Shown here: piece after piece, positions 49,239-62,679 of the stretch
Layout: each line of letters opens with the position of its first letter
Numbering within the stretch: the first letter of the stretch is position 1
Assembly (NCBI GenBank): GCA_043228905.1
Contig: JBHGNT010000005.1
Location: 620,001 to 684,000 of the forward strand
Source: Azolla caroliniana
Lineage: Eukaryota; Plantae; Polypodiophyta
Direction: 5' to 3'
DNA: 64,000 nucleotides
Notes under the pieces: generated by a model
What the model saw: the letters and a program-made list of their open reading frames with translations, nothing else
The model's database searches: none
Told to the model about the DNA's origin: nothing
Translations under genes and position numbers: made by a program

Positions 49239-49682
49239 CAGCTCACCCTAGTGGTAAGGAGTCATGCTGTTGTTGTCTATCTTGGGTTCGATTCCCAATC
49301 TTCTCATCTCTTTCTCTCTCTCATTAGTACCATGTCATAGCAAAATTTTATGTTAGTGTTATAATAGAATTTTTCTTTTCATTTATTATTATTAGAACTA
49401 AACACAACCTAGTGGTAAGTTGTTGTGCTACTTTTACTTTGTGTCTTGGGTTCAATTCACAACTTTCTCATATCCTCTTGTTAGTGTCATGTTCCTTTTT
49501 CTTTCTTTCTTTGTTATTAGAAATTAGCTCACCGAGTGGTAAGTTGTTATGCTACTAGTGCCTGTGTCATGGCAGAATTTTATGTTAGTCTCATGTTCCT
49601 TTTTCTTTCTTTCTTTCTTTCTTTGTTATTAGAAATTAGGTCACCCTAGTGGTAAGTTGTTATGGTACTACGACCTATGTCA
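49239..49682 (+). repeat. Four degenerate tandem units with tRNA-like A-box/B-box heads
   Basis: (T/G)AGTGGTAAG at 49249, 49410, 49534 and 49647; GGTTCGATTCC at 49285 and GGTTCAATTC at 49449. Confidence 0.7.
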
Positions 49683-51963
49683 TATTTTCTTCATATTCTC
49701 GAATATACGTTTTATGAGTTTTTGAACGTTTGATTATAATTTATAATGACATATTTTGATTCAATCTCTATAGTTCATGCTCTTTTTTTTTTTGTAAAGT
49801 TCTAAAGTGAGGATGATAGAGATGTCTTGATTCGCATCCCAAAAGCATGCATGTGATACATTGCAAATATTGCAACCATACTTATGTTGGTGGTTCACAA
49901 TGGATTAGAGTCCACTTATTGGGATTGAGAGTGAATCAATATATAATATAGACCCTAGTCAATCCAATCCAACTTTGAGATGATTTACCATACACGTTTG
50001 ATTGAATCATTCTCGAATGCGAATGCACGTATGATATGTAGGTTCATTCTATGCACCTAACTAAGATGCTAATGCATATGCAATGGTCATAACAAAAAGC
50101 ATAATTGTATAGTTGAAAGTCAAGATAGATCCACTTGATCACTAGTGTGTTTATGCATTATGATCAAATAATATGTATAAACATAAATTGACTAATTTCA
50201 CATTTATAATTTTCTCACCCCCTTGTATACAAAAATCTATCCACTCCATTTCTACTAGGGAGATTGCTAGCGAGTTGCTAACCCTCTTCTTTAGTGCGCA
50301 TCCAAAGTCTATTCTTTCCGTTAATGTCTTTATCCCTATCACATTCCTTTGTGGTCTTGATTTATGAAGTCACATTCTTAAACCTTTGGGATATTGTTTT
50401 GCCCTATAATTTGCATGCCTTTGGGGCTGCACTATATTAATTGTTTATGCTCTCAAAACTTTCATAGATGAAAACAATAGCACTCCTTGAGCTGAAAATT
50501 TGAAGCAAACTTTACTACATATGTGTTTCCACTATTTGATTTTCCTTTTAGGAACTTTAACATATCACCCCTCCAAAGACATAGAAATAAAAGGTATTTA
50601 ATTATTTACTCAAATAGGTTGAAGGAATGTACAATTCTCGTTGACTGATAACTTGGCAAACAGAGTATGAGAGAGCGGAGCAGCAGAGCGGCGCGCCAAT
50701 CCCCGGCGGAGGTCTGTGGTGTGGGTGTCTCACCAGGAGGCCCGGCACAACAGAGCAACGACACAGGAGGTTTTGACCCGTGCCAGTAGGCGGAGGAAAC
50801 GGAGCCGGAGCAGCGGAAACGTGGGAGTCTAGAAGCCTCCCACTGCTCATTTTGACACATACGCCTCTCCTCCCCATCGCTGGTTGGGCGGTCCCACAAA
50901 GCGTGTCGTATGGATTCTATTGCATGTGGGCACTCTACACAATTAGAAGAGCTAAGGTTCCCACATTGCTAGTGACATTTTGTTTTGAGTAAAAGACGTT
51001 GCAAACAATGGCAATGTACGTGCATTTGTAAATATTATAATAGCAGTAATGGTTAAGAGAGTGAAGGTTGAAGGTAAAAGAAGTAAGTTCCATGAATCAT
51101 GGTCATGAAGGGAAGAAAAGAAAGAGGCATTATGACCCCTTAAAAAAACAAATAGGTCAATAAGAACCTCACAAAGAGGACACTTATAATGCACATTTAG
51201 ATTTTTGTCTTTGTTTGAGCTTCTTGCATGAGAGGTATGTAAATGAGACACAACGCAAAACATGACGCAACTAACATAGACAAGTGCAATGACTAACACC
51301 ACCAATGATACTGATGGACTTCAAGAAAATTCAATAGATCATTGACAGAAGGGCGCAATAAACTTCTCTACAACGACATAATCTTATAATCATACATAAT
51401 AGAGTAGCTGATTTAGTTTGTCATCATTATGTGAGCACATTAACACTAGAGAGTTAATTATTAAACTCTCCAATAACTAGACACATCATTGTGTATGAAC
51501 TAGTGTGAATATCAAGAATATCGTGTCTTCATTGTCATATCATTTTGTGAACACCTACACGTAAGCATCACACTTTAAACTAGGAGAGCCATGTTTTTAT
51601 TGGCATGCAGCAAGGTTTAAACATCGCCAATTGTAATTTATTTCACAGCACCATGGACTTTAGGAGGTTAAATCTGCAATTGTCCCCACATTACAACCTT
51701 CCCAAGCTATGTCCATCTGATTTTCTCTACTTGGTTCATTTTTCTGTGACATCCATCTCATAGGTCACTTGCCCACTTGCTAAACATCAATGCTATACTT
51801 AGTTTTTGTTGCATAAAACTGTACGGTCAGATCTGTGGTATTCTTGTGTAATAAAACATCCATTGTGGCAAATCCATCAATTATATGAACAATTAAGATC
51901 TGTTGTATCCTAAAAATACAGCATTCAATATGATACATGCATATCTTCCATTCAGACCATATA

Positions 51964-54900
51964 TTATTCACCCTTCCGAAATGCCTCAATAACATTATCT
52001 GTGATCTCTTGACCAAATAACCTAGGCATGTTGGAGCTTAAGTCAACCTCCAGACCTTTTATTTTTAAAGTAGTATCCCGTTGCACAACCAACTTTACTT
52101 CCTCGTCTGGCAATTTCTTGCCTAGACTAAGAACTCCTTCTAGCCATAACTTCACAACTTTCTCTGCTGTAGGGGCTACCACATCTTCAATAATCTGATC
52201 CAACAAGATTTCTTTGGAATCAGCTGGACATTCAAACTTGTATAGAATGGATGTTGGTGATGTCAGGCATCGAATATAAAGAGTCGGTGGCTCATATCGC
52301 TGCGCGTAAGGTGATTTCTGAAGTTCTTGTTTAACTGATTCCATCGATGTATCTTCATAGAATCTCTTTAAATATTCAAGATCGGTAACAAGATCTTTTC
52401 GTGGAAGGAGGTCCAGCACAAGCACCAGACTGTTTGTGTTAGTTTGAATGAACTCAAATAGTAGATGTGGTGCATCTGACTGGCTGTTCATCATAGCAAC
52501 AATGGTTGCTATGTTCAGCGTACCAAAAGGGAGGTTGCAATGTAGCCAAGACCTGAGCAAAAAGTCTATCTGACAAAAGAAAAAGGGGTTAAGGTCAAAC
52601 TCACTTTGAATCTTGTACTTCAAGTCTTTGTACACACATTGTGAATTAATTGAATGGCTTTAATTCTTTATACAAGACCATTTTTGTATACATTACATTG
52701 TTAGTGAGAAGCTTAAAATGTGAACTGAAAACATATAAAATACCATTACAATGAAATAACACAATGTCACAATTCAATGTTTATTTGTTGTGCAGTTGGA
52801 GATCAAGCATTTTCACCGTTCGTTCATGGTTTTATTTTTCTATGTAAATAATATATTTTCTTTGAAAGGTTGCCCAATTATGTACAGCTGTAACGATTTA
52901 TACAAAATAAAAATAGCTAATAATTCTTAGGAATTCGCAGCATCCATGATCATACCTTAAGCACTTCAATGTGTAAGAAGGTTTGTGCTACCGAAAATAG
53001 CTTCCCATTTAAAGGAAGGTCTTCTTGCATCTATGCATAACAGCTTCACTAATATTGTTGGCATTACGGTTTCACCATCGTTAGGCAACACCATGTTGTC
53101 CTATTAGTTTGTACGGACTTCAGGAATTATTATACATACATTTGCTTCTAATTCTATATGGGTACATCTTATTTCTTTCATATTTCTCACACATTTAATT
53201 GATCCAAGGCATGGTCTAGTTTTTCTCATAGTAATAGTGCACATTCAGAAAGACATTTACATGCTAATTTTAAAACATTGCATCCATGAGTTATTGGCTT
53301 TACAGAGCGATAAACATAATTATTAGCACATTGACCATGCCATATGAAAGAAGACTCCAGAGGTACATAAACAGCATTAAAGGCTTCTTAAAACAATGAA
53401 AATCTTCTTGTTTTTATTTATTTCTTCAACTTGACTCCGCTGTTCCCATTGATCAGCCAAATAACCAGAAATTATTGAGCTACATAGCTGGTCATTACCT
53501 TCAACTCCCAGAAGCTTTAGGTATCATTTGATACTAGTCAGCTATGAGTTTTGGCAAACATAGAAAGATTGAGAATTTGCCTCCCATGCCAATGGTTGAC
53601 TGCTAAATATTTATTACAAGTTATATGCCACCTACTTCAATCAGATTGTAAGAGTTGCTGCCAAGATGCAAGGAAAAGCTTTGACTTGAGAATTGAAACC
53701 TTTTATCCATTGTTTCTTAATTTTTACAATTTACTGGGTATTGAGGAAGAACAAAAGAAAATGGGAGATTGTTAAGATGATTAATTAGCTAGGACTTGGT
53801 CTCTACTATCCAACTATCCAGTTAGCAGCTAAAAGGATAGCCAGTAGCAACTACAAATCACAGTTATAAATATTGATACATTAAAAGCTGTTTTGCAATC
53901 TTTAAAAGTTCATTGGACTTCAATGTTAGGTTTAAGGTTAACGGCTAAGCCGCATAGTCTTTAAGCTACTTTATACCTTACTAAAGCTTAGAATGTTGTT
54001 GTGATCACCAATGTAGAACTCATTGTGAGATCGGTTGAGACGAGCACAAAAATTCCAGTTCACATAGTCCATCATGAGAGAATATTAGCTTTGTGTCCTA
54101 ACATGGAGATCATCTTATAATCATTAATGATCTGTGATTTCACAAAATCGCTAACGCCGCTTTAATAGTTGTAGAAAATCTCTTTAAAGATTACACACAA
54201 ATTATATCTATATATATGATATGAAATTAAAAGTAAATAGTTTACATTTTTTTCTGACATTGACTATAGTTTTTCGTCATGCTTGACCCTATAATTTTCA
54301 CCTATCAGCCAGGTTTCTCATTCCTTTTATTCATTCTAAATTTGACACTTGAAAATCCAATGTCTTCTTAGAAACTCTCACCTCTGCTTTCTCCCCTTAA
54401 AAATCATTATGATTGAAAAAGAGACGCTGAACATCTCACTTTACTTCTTTCAAGGGAGGGGGACATGGCTTTCTTTTGTCCTGCAAATATTGTGGCAAGG
54501 ACTTTACAAGTACTATTACAAGCTTAGCGGAGACTTTTCCTCAAATTATGTACAATATAATATGATATGCAGAAGGGATGAAATGTTTCAATTTAGAGGC
54601 ATTCTAGAATTTTTTGATGCTCTAGTACGGGGGTTCTGGACAACTTAAAATGCAAATCTAATTTCTAAACTCCAGAAAATTGTTGTCTATTGAATACTAA
54701 TGCTCGGGATATGTTTATTTGTGATTGGGTTTTTATTCACTGTAATTATTGGATGCATAGTGTATGATATAATAACTATACAACTAAGGGAATGTCTGAT
54801 TTATACTCTCTCATAGGCATACCCCATCTCTCATACCATATTCAGAATCATCTTAATTCATAAGCTCATTTGCACGGGTACACTTCACACTCTTATCATT

Positions 54901-55954
54901 TCATATTTCACCACCATTAGAGAGTTCACCTTAAATAAGTTGCTTCACATTGCCAAAATAATTTAAAATAAGCCTTAAAAGAGGAAAAGAGAAGTCAAAA
55001 ATCTTTCCTTTATACAAACGATTTCCATGATTCACAGCCATTTTAGAGTTAAACAAGAATGGGAAGGCAATACAAAGTGCTGAAAATCTTCTTAAAGAGA
55101 TTTACAGAGAGAAAACAAAGTTCAGTTTATCTTTCCAATCATTTCATGTTTCCCTAAGAATGGAAGGCATTTGTCAGTAACGACGTGACCTTATTCAAGA
55201 GACATTAAAAAAAGCAAGCAGAATCCCATTACCTTCCTTTTAAACAACCACTTTCTCATTCATCTAAGAAACGCTTTCATATAGAGGACGCAGAAATCAC
55301 ATCTTTTTTCCTTTTAACGAATCATTTCCTATTTCGCAACCAAAAATGAGAGTTTTACATTTTGCATAATCATTTCATCACAATTTAAACGTGAAATGAT
55401 TATACCATATTCAAAGAGAGAAAACAAAAAACGCACGATCTTTCTTCGAGGTTACACAGGAATGTCCGGCTTCACTACATTTCAGGGACAAATAAAATAG
55501 GAAAGACAAAACAAACACAGGAAGAAAACGAAGAAGAAGAATGCATAAAATCAAAAAAGAAGAAGAACGGACTTACCGGAGATCCAGAAGCTCCTGATCG
55601 AAGAATGACAGATCCTTCATTATTTCCCTGTGGATCCTTGAACCGACAAACTTCTGGAGGAGTACGAGAATCACAGAGCAGCGAAGAAGTGAGGTGAGTA
55701 GCGATAGTGTGCGCAATGTTTTCCATGAGGCGAGATCCAGAAGGCGAAAGGTAAGGGAAGCTAGTCCATGGATCTGATGTCTGCTCAGATGAAGAAGAAG
55801 AAGCCATTGCTGAGTAAAGTTTGTTCCTCCTTGTCCTTGAGCTTGTTGCAGTTCTGGTTATAGAGCTTGTTTCAGCGAAGAGGGAGCGATGGCTCTGATG
55901 CAGAGATGGTGTGATCAGAGAAGGAGGAAGAGAATGGGTCATCATCATCACCAT
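51964..55954 (-). CDS. RCCR: Red chlorophyll catabolite reductase (ACD2 homologue), 327 aa with a putative plastid transit peptide; exons 55577-55954 and 51964-52569
   Basis: Spliced junction ...EGSVILRSGASGSP|IDFLLRSWLHCNLP..., motifs DAPHLLFEFIQ, LVLDLLPRKDLV, YLKRFYEDT and EVDLSSNMPRLFG; S/T/R-rich N-terminus; one phase-0 GT..AG intron of ~3.0 kb. Confidence 0.95.
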
Positions 55955-56244
55955 TGTAAAGGAGCCCTACTCTCCGGGGCTCAACCTTTTTCATGTGAAA
56001 AGGAGGGGCTCAACCTTTTTCATCAGTAGCTCTACCGACTCTGGGAAGGAGCCAGACTTAAAAACAAACATCAAAAACTCCAAAAAATGGTAAGTGTACA
56101 ACAAATTTTTGCCATGAAAATGATCATAAAATTTCTCAAAAAAACTTAAAGATTCAAATAACAAAGTCTTACATAAAATATTAAAACATCAAATGTTTAC
56201 AACCCTAAAATGAAATATGAATATACACACGTTACATATTAAGA

Positions 56245-57432
56245 TTATGGCTCATGTCGGGATGATTGCAAGATGCAACCACAATTTTTACAACATGTAA
56301 CATTCAAGTCCCTTGAACTCAAGGTCAAGCCATCGCAATGCAAACACCGAACCTTCTCATGGTCACCTATTGACAATCGCCTCCTAGCTCGACTCACACC
56401 TCTTTGTAGTTTTCCGAAGTGGGATTTGGAAGTGTTTGGGGAGCTACCAATAAGTTCTTCGGAGATGTCTATTGTTGCACTTCTTTTGGCACCGATTTGT
56501 TGGTTGCGACTTATTGATCTGTCATCTTCTTCATTGGTTGATTTTGGTGCACCAACGCGATACACCTTCTCAACGACATCTTCCAATGTTTGTATACCTT
56601 CGACAATAGTTGCACAGTCGAAGGTTCCTAACCCTTGCTCGAGACATTGAAGTGCTTTCACGACTGTTTGTATTTTGGACTTGAATGATTCAATCTCGGA
56701 TGTTGTGGGGTTTGTCTCCTCGACTCGTTCTACCTCTGCCTCCACTTCTATTTCTGTATTATGGTCCATTTGCATTTGGGTCGCGTGATCTATAAAAGGC
56801 AATGAGCCGCATAAATGTGGGATATGCCTCTCAATAATCATTCGGATACTGAGTAAATGCTTACATTTACTCGCAATGTCTTGGCAATCACAATATGAAC
56901 ATTGGAGTGGGAGTCGTCATGCTCAAGATTCTAAACCAATATCGGGCCTCGTCGACAATTTCCATTGTGGAAGTATCGTCGACTTACCTTTCCAATATTC
57001 TCTCCGCTTCTTTAAGTCGGGACCTTTGATCCCTACAATTCGCACGGGGTGCAAACCAATCACTCTCACATATTTCTTGTCGTTGCTTGTACCACTCTAT
57101 TATCGTTCCTCCTATGCAAGTGCCAATTTCATTGTCCTTGATTAAGACATGTAGAAGGCCGGTAATTGATCGATTTATTCTTCCTCTCAAGGCAGTATAC
57201 TTGATAAACTGCCAATGTCTTTCCACAATATTGGTAGTGTCAACGTGTCCATAGTTGAACATTCTACCAAACTTGGGCTAGAGTTTCCTCCACACACATG
57301 TCAGAGCACACCATCCTCCTTCTATATATTGTCAAACACCGGGCTTGTTTGCATATTCTACCTTTAGCTCCTCACACATCACATTGAATGCGGATTCAGT
57401 AATGCATTGCATCAATTGACACATTCGTTGAT
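56245..57432 (-). mobile_element. Degenerate SWIM-domain (Mutator-like) transposase, C-terminal part
   Basis: DTTNIVERHWQFIKY..LRGRINR motif; SWIM finger YCDCQDIASKCKH near 56858-56896 in frame with ORF 56245-56841; several stops and frameshifts. Confidence 0.7.
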
Positions 57433-58275
57433 AAGGATTGGGCTCGATCAAAGAGATGTGGAAAGCATGGTCGAATATGATCAAAGGTAGAGCATGGTAT
57501 CAAAGTGTGATACTCAGACTCGCGAACTTGTTTAGGGTAGAGTGTGCATTGCCGACCACTCTCATCACTTGTGCCCCAATGCCATGTCTCCTCACATCGC
57601 AATGCATGGAAGAAATGGTTTAAATGGTAGATAATGGTATGGGCTCTAACATGTATCGATGTGTACAGTTTCCCCGTTCTGCAAAGAATATGGTTTTGTA
57701 GTTAGGTGCAACATGTGTAGCATAATGTGTGAAGCGTGAGCCTCCAATTTGTCCCATGTCATGATACATTGGTGTTGCAAAAAGGCCTCATTTAGTGATG
57801 CATCATGAAGCAAGTGTCTCGCAAACCATTTTTCTATATCTTGCATCAAACTAGAACACAAAATTTTGCTTTTATGCGTCTTTTAGATCTTTTTGCTTGC
57901 TTCCCATGCAATTCTAGGAAAGTTGATGTGAGGGACTTTTTTGAACCTTAAGCATGTATTCAACAACCCTTTCCATGACCATGATCTCAATGGGAAGCGA
58001 TCCAGTCTCAAGGAGAAGGAGGGTGTAGGGTGTTTGTTTCTTAACTTGTAGAAACTTTGTAAGAAAATGTTTTTGGACATTTTCAAACTCTTTCCACGCA
58101 AATTTACGGATGGTACCGCCCCATACTTCCAAGTTCCACCCCATAGAGAAGAATCGGTGTCACCAAAGTGTCGAAAAGATATTTCTTAAGGACCCAACAC
58201 TTAATATCTCCATGATTGCATGTGTTCTCAAATGCATAGTATGCTCGCTTACCTGCCTCTAAGCGGCATGTAACA
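57433..58275 (-). mobile_element. Non-L1 LINE fragment (post-RT region and C-terminal cysteine motif)
   Basis: Peptides KKYLFDTLVTPILLYGVE, TPYTLLLLETGSLPIE and LRCE...RQCTL...ESEYHTLIPC..FDHIR; frameshifted. Confidence 0.7.
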
Positions 58276-58736
58276 CATTTGCTATAGAGAGAGAGAGAGA
58301 GAATAGTACACATAAGTTCATTAAATGTCCTATAACGTGTACCATTTGGAAGTACTTATCGGACATTTGGCAAGTTTTAACCCGTTGTTGTTTAAGCCCT
58401 CAACAATGGGTTTTTTCTCAATATTTTCAAAATGGATGAAATGATGAGATAAAAATATTGTTCCAAATTTTACATTATTGGGGTCTACAACACAATTAGA
58501 ATATGCGTAATGCTTTCATGTTTGATAATAGACATGGGGTGACAGCCTATATAAAGAAGCTTAAAGGTATTCTCATGTGGAATTTTTGGATGTTAGAGCA
58601 TGTGGGGATCATGTCCTCAAATGCCTATTCAGGTTTTTTAATTGCATTATAGAACTTTGTTGTGATGTGGCGTGCTCGAGAGTGGGAAAAACCGGCGAAA
58701 GGGGGGGGTCAAAATGTGCATGTGTAATGTTTAATG

Positions 58737-61700
58737 TTCATGGCAAACGATTTGTCGAAAGCTTTCTTCAAGTTTCCAATCTTCCTTGCGTCTTGACCGA
58801 CTATCAACATATCATCAACATATAGCAAGAGAATCAAGAAAGTCTCCTTCCTCGTACCTTTTGACGAACACACAGTGATCGGCCTGTGTTTTCTGGAACC
58901 GATGTTCCATCATGAAGGACTCAAATTTCTTGTACCATTGGCGTGGAGCTTGTTTCTGTTCGTACAAGCTTTTCCTCGGTCGACACACCAGATTCTCTTT
59001 TCCTTTCTCCTCAAAGCCTCCGGGTTGCTACATGTAGATTTCTTCTTCTAACTCCCCGTGCAGAAATGTGGTTTTGACATCCAACTGTTTGATCTCCAGA
59101 TCCATGTTGGCCGCTATGCTCAGAATAGTTCGAATCGATGTCATCTTTACGACTAGTGCGAATATTTCGTCAAAGTCGACGCCCTTCCTCTGTTGGAAAC
59201 CCTTCACCACTATGCGGGCTTTATACCTAGGCTCGTTGTCGACTTCTCCAGTCTTCACCTTGTAGACCCATTTATTCCTGAGTGCTCTCTTACCTTTCGG
59301 CAACTCCACTAGGTCGTAGGTGTAATTCGCGTGCAAGGATTCCATCTCCTCTTGCATCACGTTCAACCATTTTCCTCTGCTCTTGTCGGCAATGGCTTCT
59401 TCATAGCACTCTGGTTCACCGTCATCAATCAAGAGGATGTATTGACTGGCATATGTAGTCGGTGCCTTCCTTTCTCTGAGTGGGTACCTTCGTCCACTCG
59501 CCGTTGGCTCTATTTTGGATGTCTCTGCCAACTCTTCTCTTTGCTCGAGATTCTGCTCATCAATCGGCATCTCCAAGTTGGACAACTCCAACTCATATTC
59601 CTCAATTGATTTTAGTAGATTTGCCGACTCCGACTCATAGTCTGTTGGTCTTTCCGAGTCGACCGACTCGGATTCGGCTCTGTTGGCCAACTATCTCCTT
59701 ACAGCTGCCGGTGACGACACACTTGGCCTTAAGTCGATGGCAGTCGAGGTTGACTAGGGAGTTAGTTCCGACTTATATTGCTTCCAGTCATCAATTGTCT
59801 TGCCTTCAAGAAAGACGACATCCCGACTTCTCACTACCTTCTTGTCAACTAAGTCCCATAGCCTGTAGTCGAACTCATCTTCTGAGTATCCCATGAATAT
59901 GCAAGCTTTCGACTTGCTGTCGAGCTTTGACCTCTGATCATTTGGTACATGCATATATGACAAACATCTGAACACCCTCAAGTGTTGGTAAGAGACATCC
60001 TTCCCTATCCACACTCTCTGTGGGACATCACCCTTTAGAGGTACCGAGGGAGACCTATTGATCAGATAAACAACTGTGTACATCGCCTCAACCCAATAGG
60101 ATTTTGACAGTTTCGCATGACAGAGCATGCTCCTCACTCTCTCCGTGATTGTTCGATTCATCCTCTCTGCAAGCCCGTTCAATTCTGGGGTCTTTGGCAC
60201 TGTGTATTCAATCCGAATACCTTGGCACTTGCAGTATTCCTCGAATTGCCCTTTGTACTCGCCACCGTTGTCGGTTTGGACAACCTTCAATTTCCGATCC
60301 GACTCTCTTTCGGTTCTTGCCTGGAACTCCTTGAAAACCGACAGTACTTGATCCTTCGACTTCAATACAAAGGCCCATGTCTTCCGACTATAGGCGTCAA
60401 TGAACGTTACAAAGTACTGTCCTCCTCGATGCGATGGAGCATCCACATAGCACACATACATGTGCACTAGTTCCAGTGCAACTTCTCTTCTCCTCGGTGG
60501 TCTCGAGTGGAATGCTGCCCTGTTCTGCTTTCCGGCTAAGCAGTCGACACACTTCTCTAGATGTACTGCCTTGACTTCTAGTAGACGTTTCTGGTCAGCT
60601 AACATGTGCATTCCCTTCTCACTCATGTGGCCTAGCCTCTTATGCCATATCTCCCCTACCGAGTTGGCTGCCACGTTTACTTCCGATTTGCACAATCGGG
60701 CATGCATCATGTACAATGTGCCTTCTTTCTGTGCTCGGGCCACTATAAGGTTTCCTCGGCAGAACTTCCACATGCCATTCCGAAAGCTACCATTGTAGCC
60801 TTCGTCATCAAGCCTTCCAGTCGATATCAGATTCAACCTGATATCGGGGACGTGTCGAACATCCTTCAACGTTAGTCGACACCCTATCAACGTCGTTAAG
60901 CACACACTTCCGACTCTGCTTATCTTGCACTCTCCACTATCACCCATCTTTACATAGCCATGATCCCCGGCTATGTAAGTCGAGAAATACTCTCTCGACG
61001 GAGTAATATGGAAGGATGCGCCGGAGTCGATCACCCACGCCCACGTGTAATCTTCACTCGCAAGATTTGCACTCGTTTGTTCACAGATGAACAGGAGTTC
61101 TTCATTGCTCATAGCAATGGTTGAAGTGTTCTTGTCATCCGGAATCTTTCGAGGTTCGACATTATTTCCGACACTCTTGTCTTTTCTCATGTGTCGACAC
61201 TCCTTCTGGAAGTGTCTAGGTTTTCGACAATAAAAGCACACAGGCTTACCTCTGGACTTCGATCTGGCGTGGGATTTGTTCGTTCACTACAAACTTCTTC
61301 TTCGCCGGTCCTTTCCTCTGTACATATGTTGAGTCAGATTTGACTTTGTTTGGGACAGGACTCCTTTGTCTTTCCTCCTTGCCTCCTCATTTAGGATGCT
61401 TGTCTTCACCATCTGCAAAGACAAGTTCTCTTCTTGACAGGAGGTGTTGAGAGTAACCACCAAGTTCTCTCAGCTTTCCGACAGTGTGCACATCAGCAGG
61501 ATGGCATGCATTGCATCATCCAGGGAAAACTTGGTCGTTGCAAGTTGATTTACATACCCCATGAATGTGCTGATGTGTTCGATGATGCTCTCACCGTCTC
61601 TATATTTCAGCCGTATGATCTTTCTCATTAGCGAGGTTCTATTGAGCGCATTCTTCCTCTCGTACAAACCTGACAGCTTCTACCACATCTCGTGGGCATT

Positions 61701-62679
61701 CATGTCGTTCGCCACATGCTGAAGGACACTTACATCGACACATTGTCGGATTGTGGCCACCGCCTTCCTATTCAGAAGCTTCCAGTCCGACTCCAATACG
61801 CCCCTGGGTATTTCTGCTTTGTCGACTAGCTCATACATGTCTTTTACTATAAGAAGGTCTTCCATCTTTATCTTCCAGTCTTCATAGTTCTGAGAGTTTA
61901 GAACTATCATACCTTGGAATCCGCTCACGCCTCCTTCCATGCTTGCACCTCAAGCTTTGATACCAGTTTGATGAGGAATCGTCGCGGAATAGATCACAAT
62001 AATTGAACTACATGCTAAAATACGAATCACAAGAATACACCAGAAAGACAAGATAAACAGATGTACACAGAGATTTACATGGAAACCCTAAAACAGGGAA
62101 AACCACGGGTGAACAGATTTCTTCACTATACAAGTGGATATACAACACAGAGATGATTACAACACTCTCTGTAGAGTGCATCAGCCGCAGAGGGCTCTTC
62201 GCGTCTACTGTTACACACACAGCTATGGTGCGGCTCTCACTCACACTCTCTCTCTCGCTCTCCTGCACACTACACTGTTTCTACACTATTCATCACACAC
62301 TACATGTTTGCCCTAGTTGCATATATACTTACACAACGTTCTAGCTATTTACATACGTAGCCCTCATGGGGCGCACACTTACACTATTTACAAATATAGT
62401 CTCTCGAGTTGGCTTTTTACACGATTCCGGTTTCGGCCTCGGCCGAGTCGCTCATCAACTCGGCTCCTCTCTCTTTCCCATATGGAGGGACTTGTTTCCA
62501 CACATCATCATCATTATTATTACTATAATAATAATAATCATCGAATCTTCAAACAGTCGACTCACTGTTTTCGACTCTTTGATTGTCGACTTTCCGAACA
62601 GTCGGATATTCCCTGTCATCGATTGTCGGCTTTCCGATCAATCGGTTCTTCCTCCCACTAGAGGGACATATTCCCAACA
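58737..62679 (-). mobile_element. Ty1/Copia element (Tnt1/Tork-like): 5' LTR 61969-62679, tRNA-iMet PBS, gag-PR-INT-RT; truncated inside RT
   Basis: PBS TGGTATCAAAGC at 61954-61965; gag NYEDWKIKMEDLL; knuckle CFYCRKPRHFQKEC; protease WVIDSGAS; WHKRLGHMSEKG; integrase TDNGGEY and NGLAERMNRT; RT RYKARIVVKGF and LLYVDDML. Coding stops at ...KSFAM near 58737, with no RNase H or 3' LTR. Confidence 0.93.
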
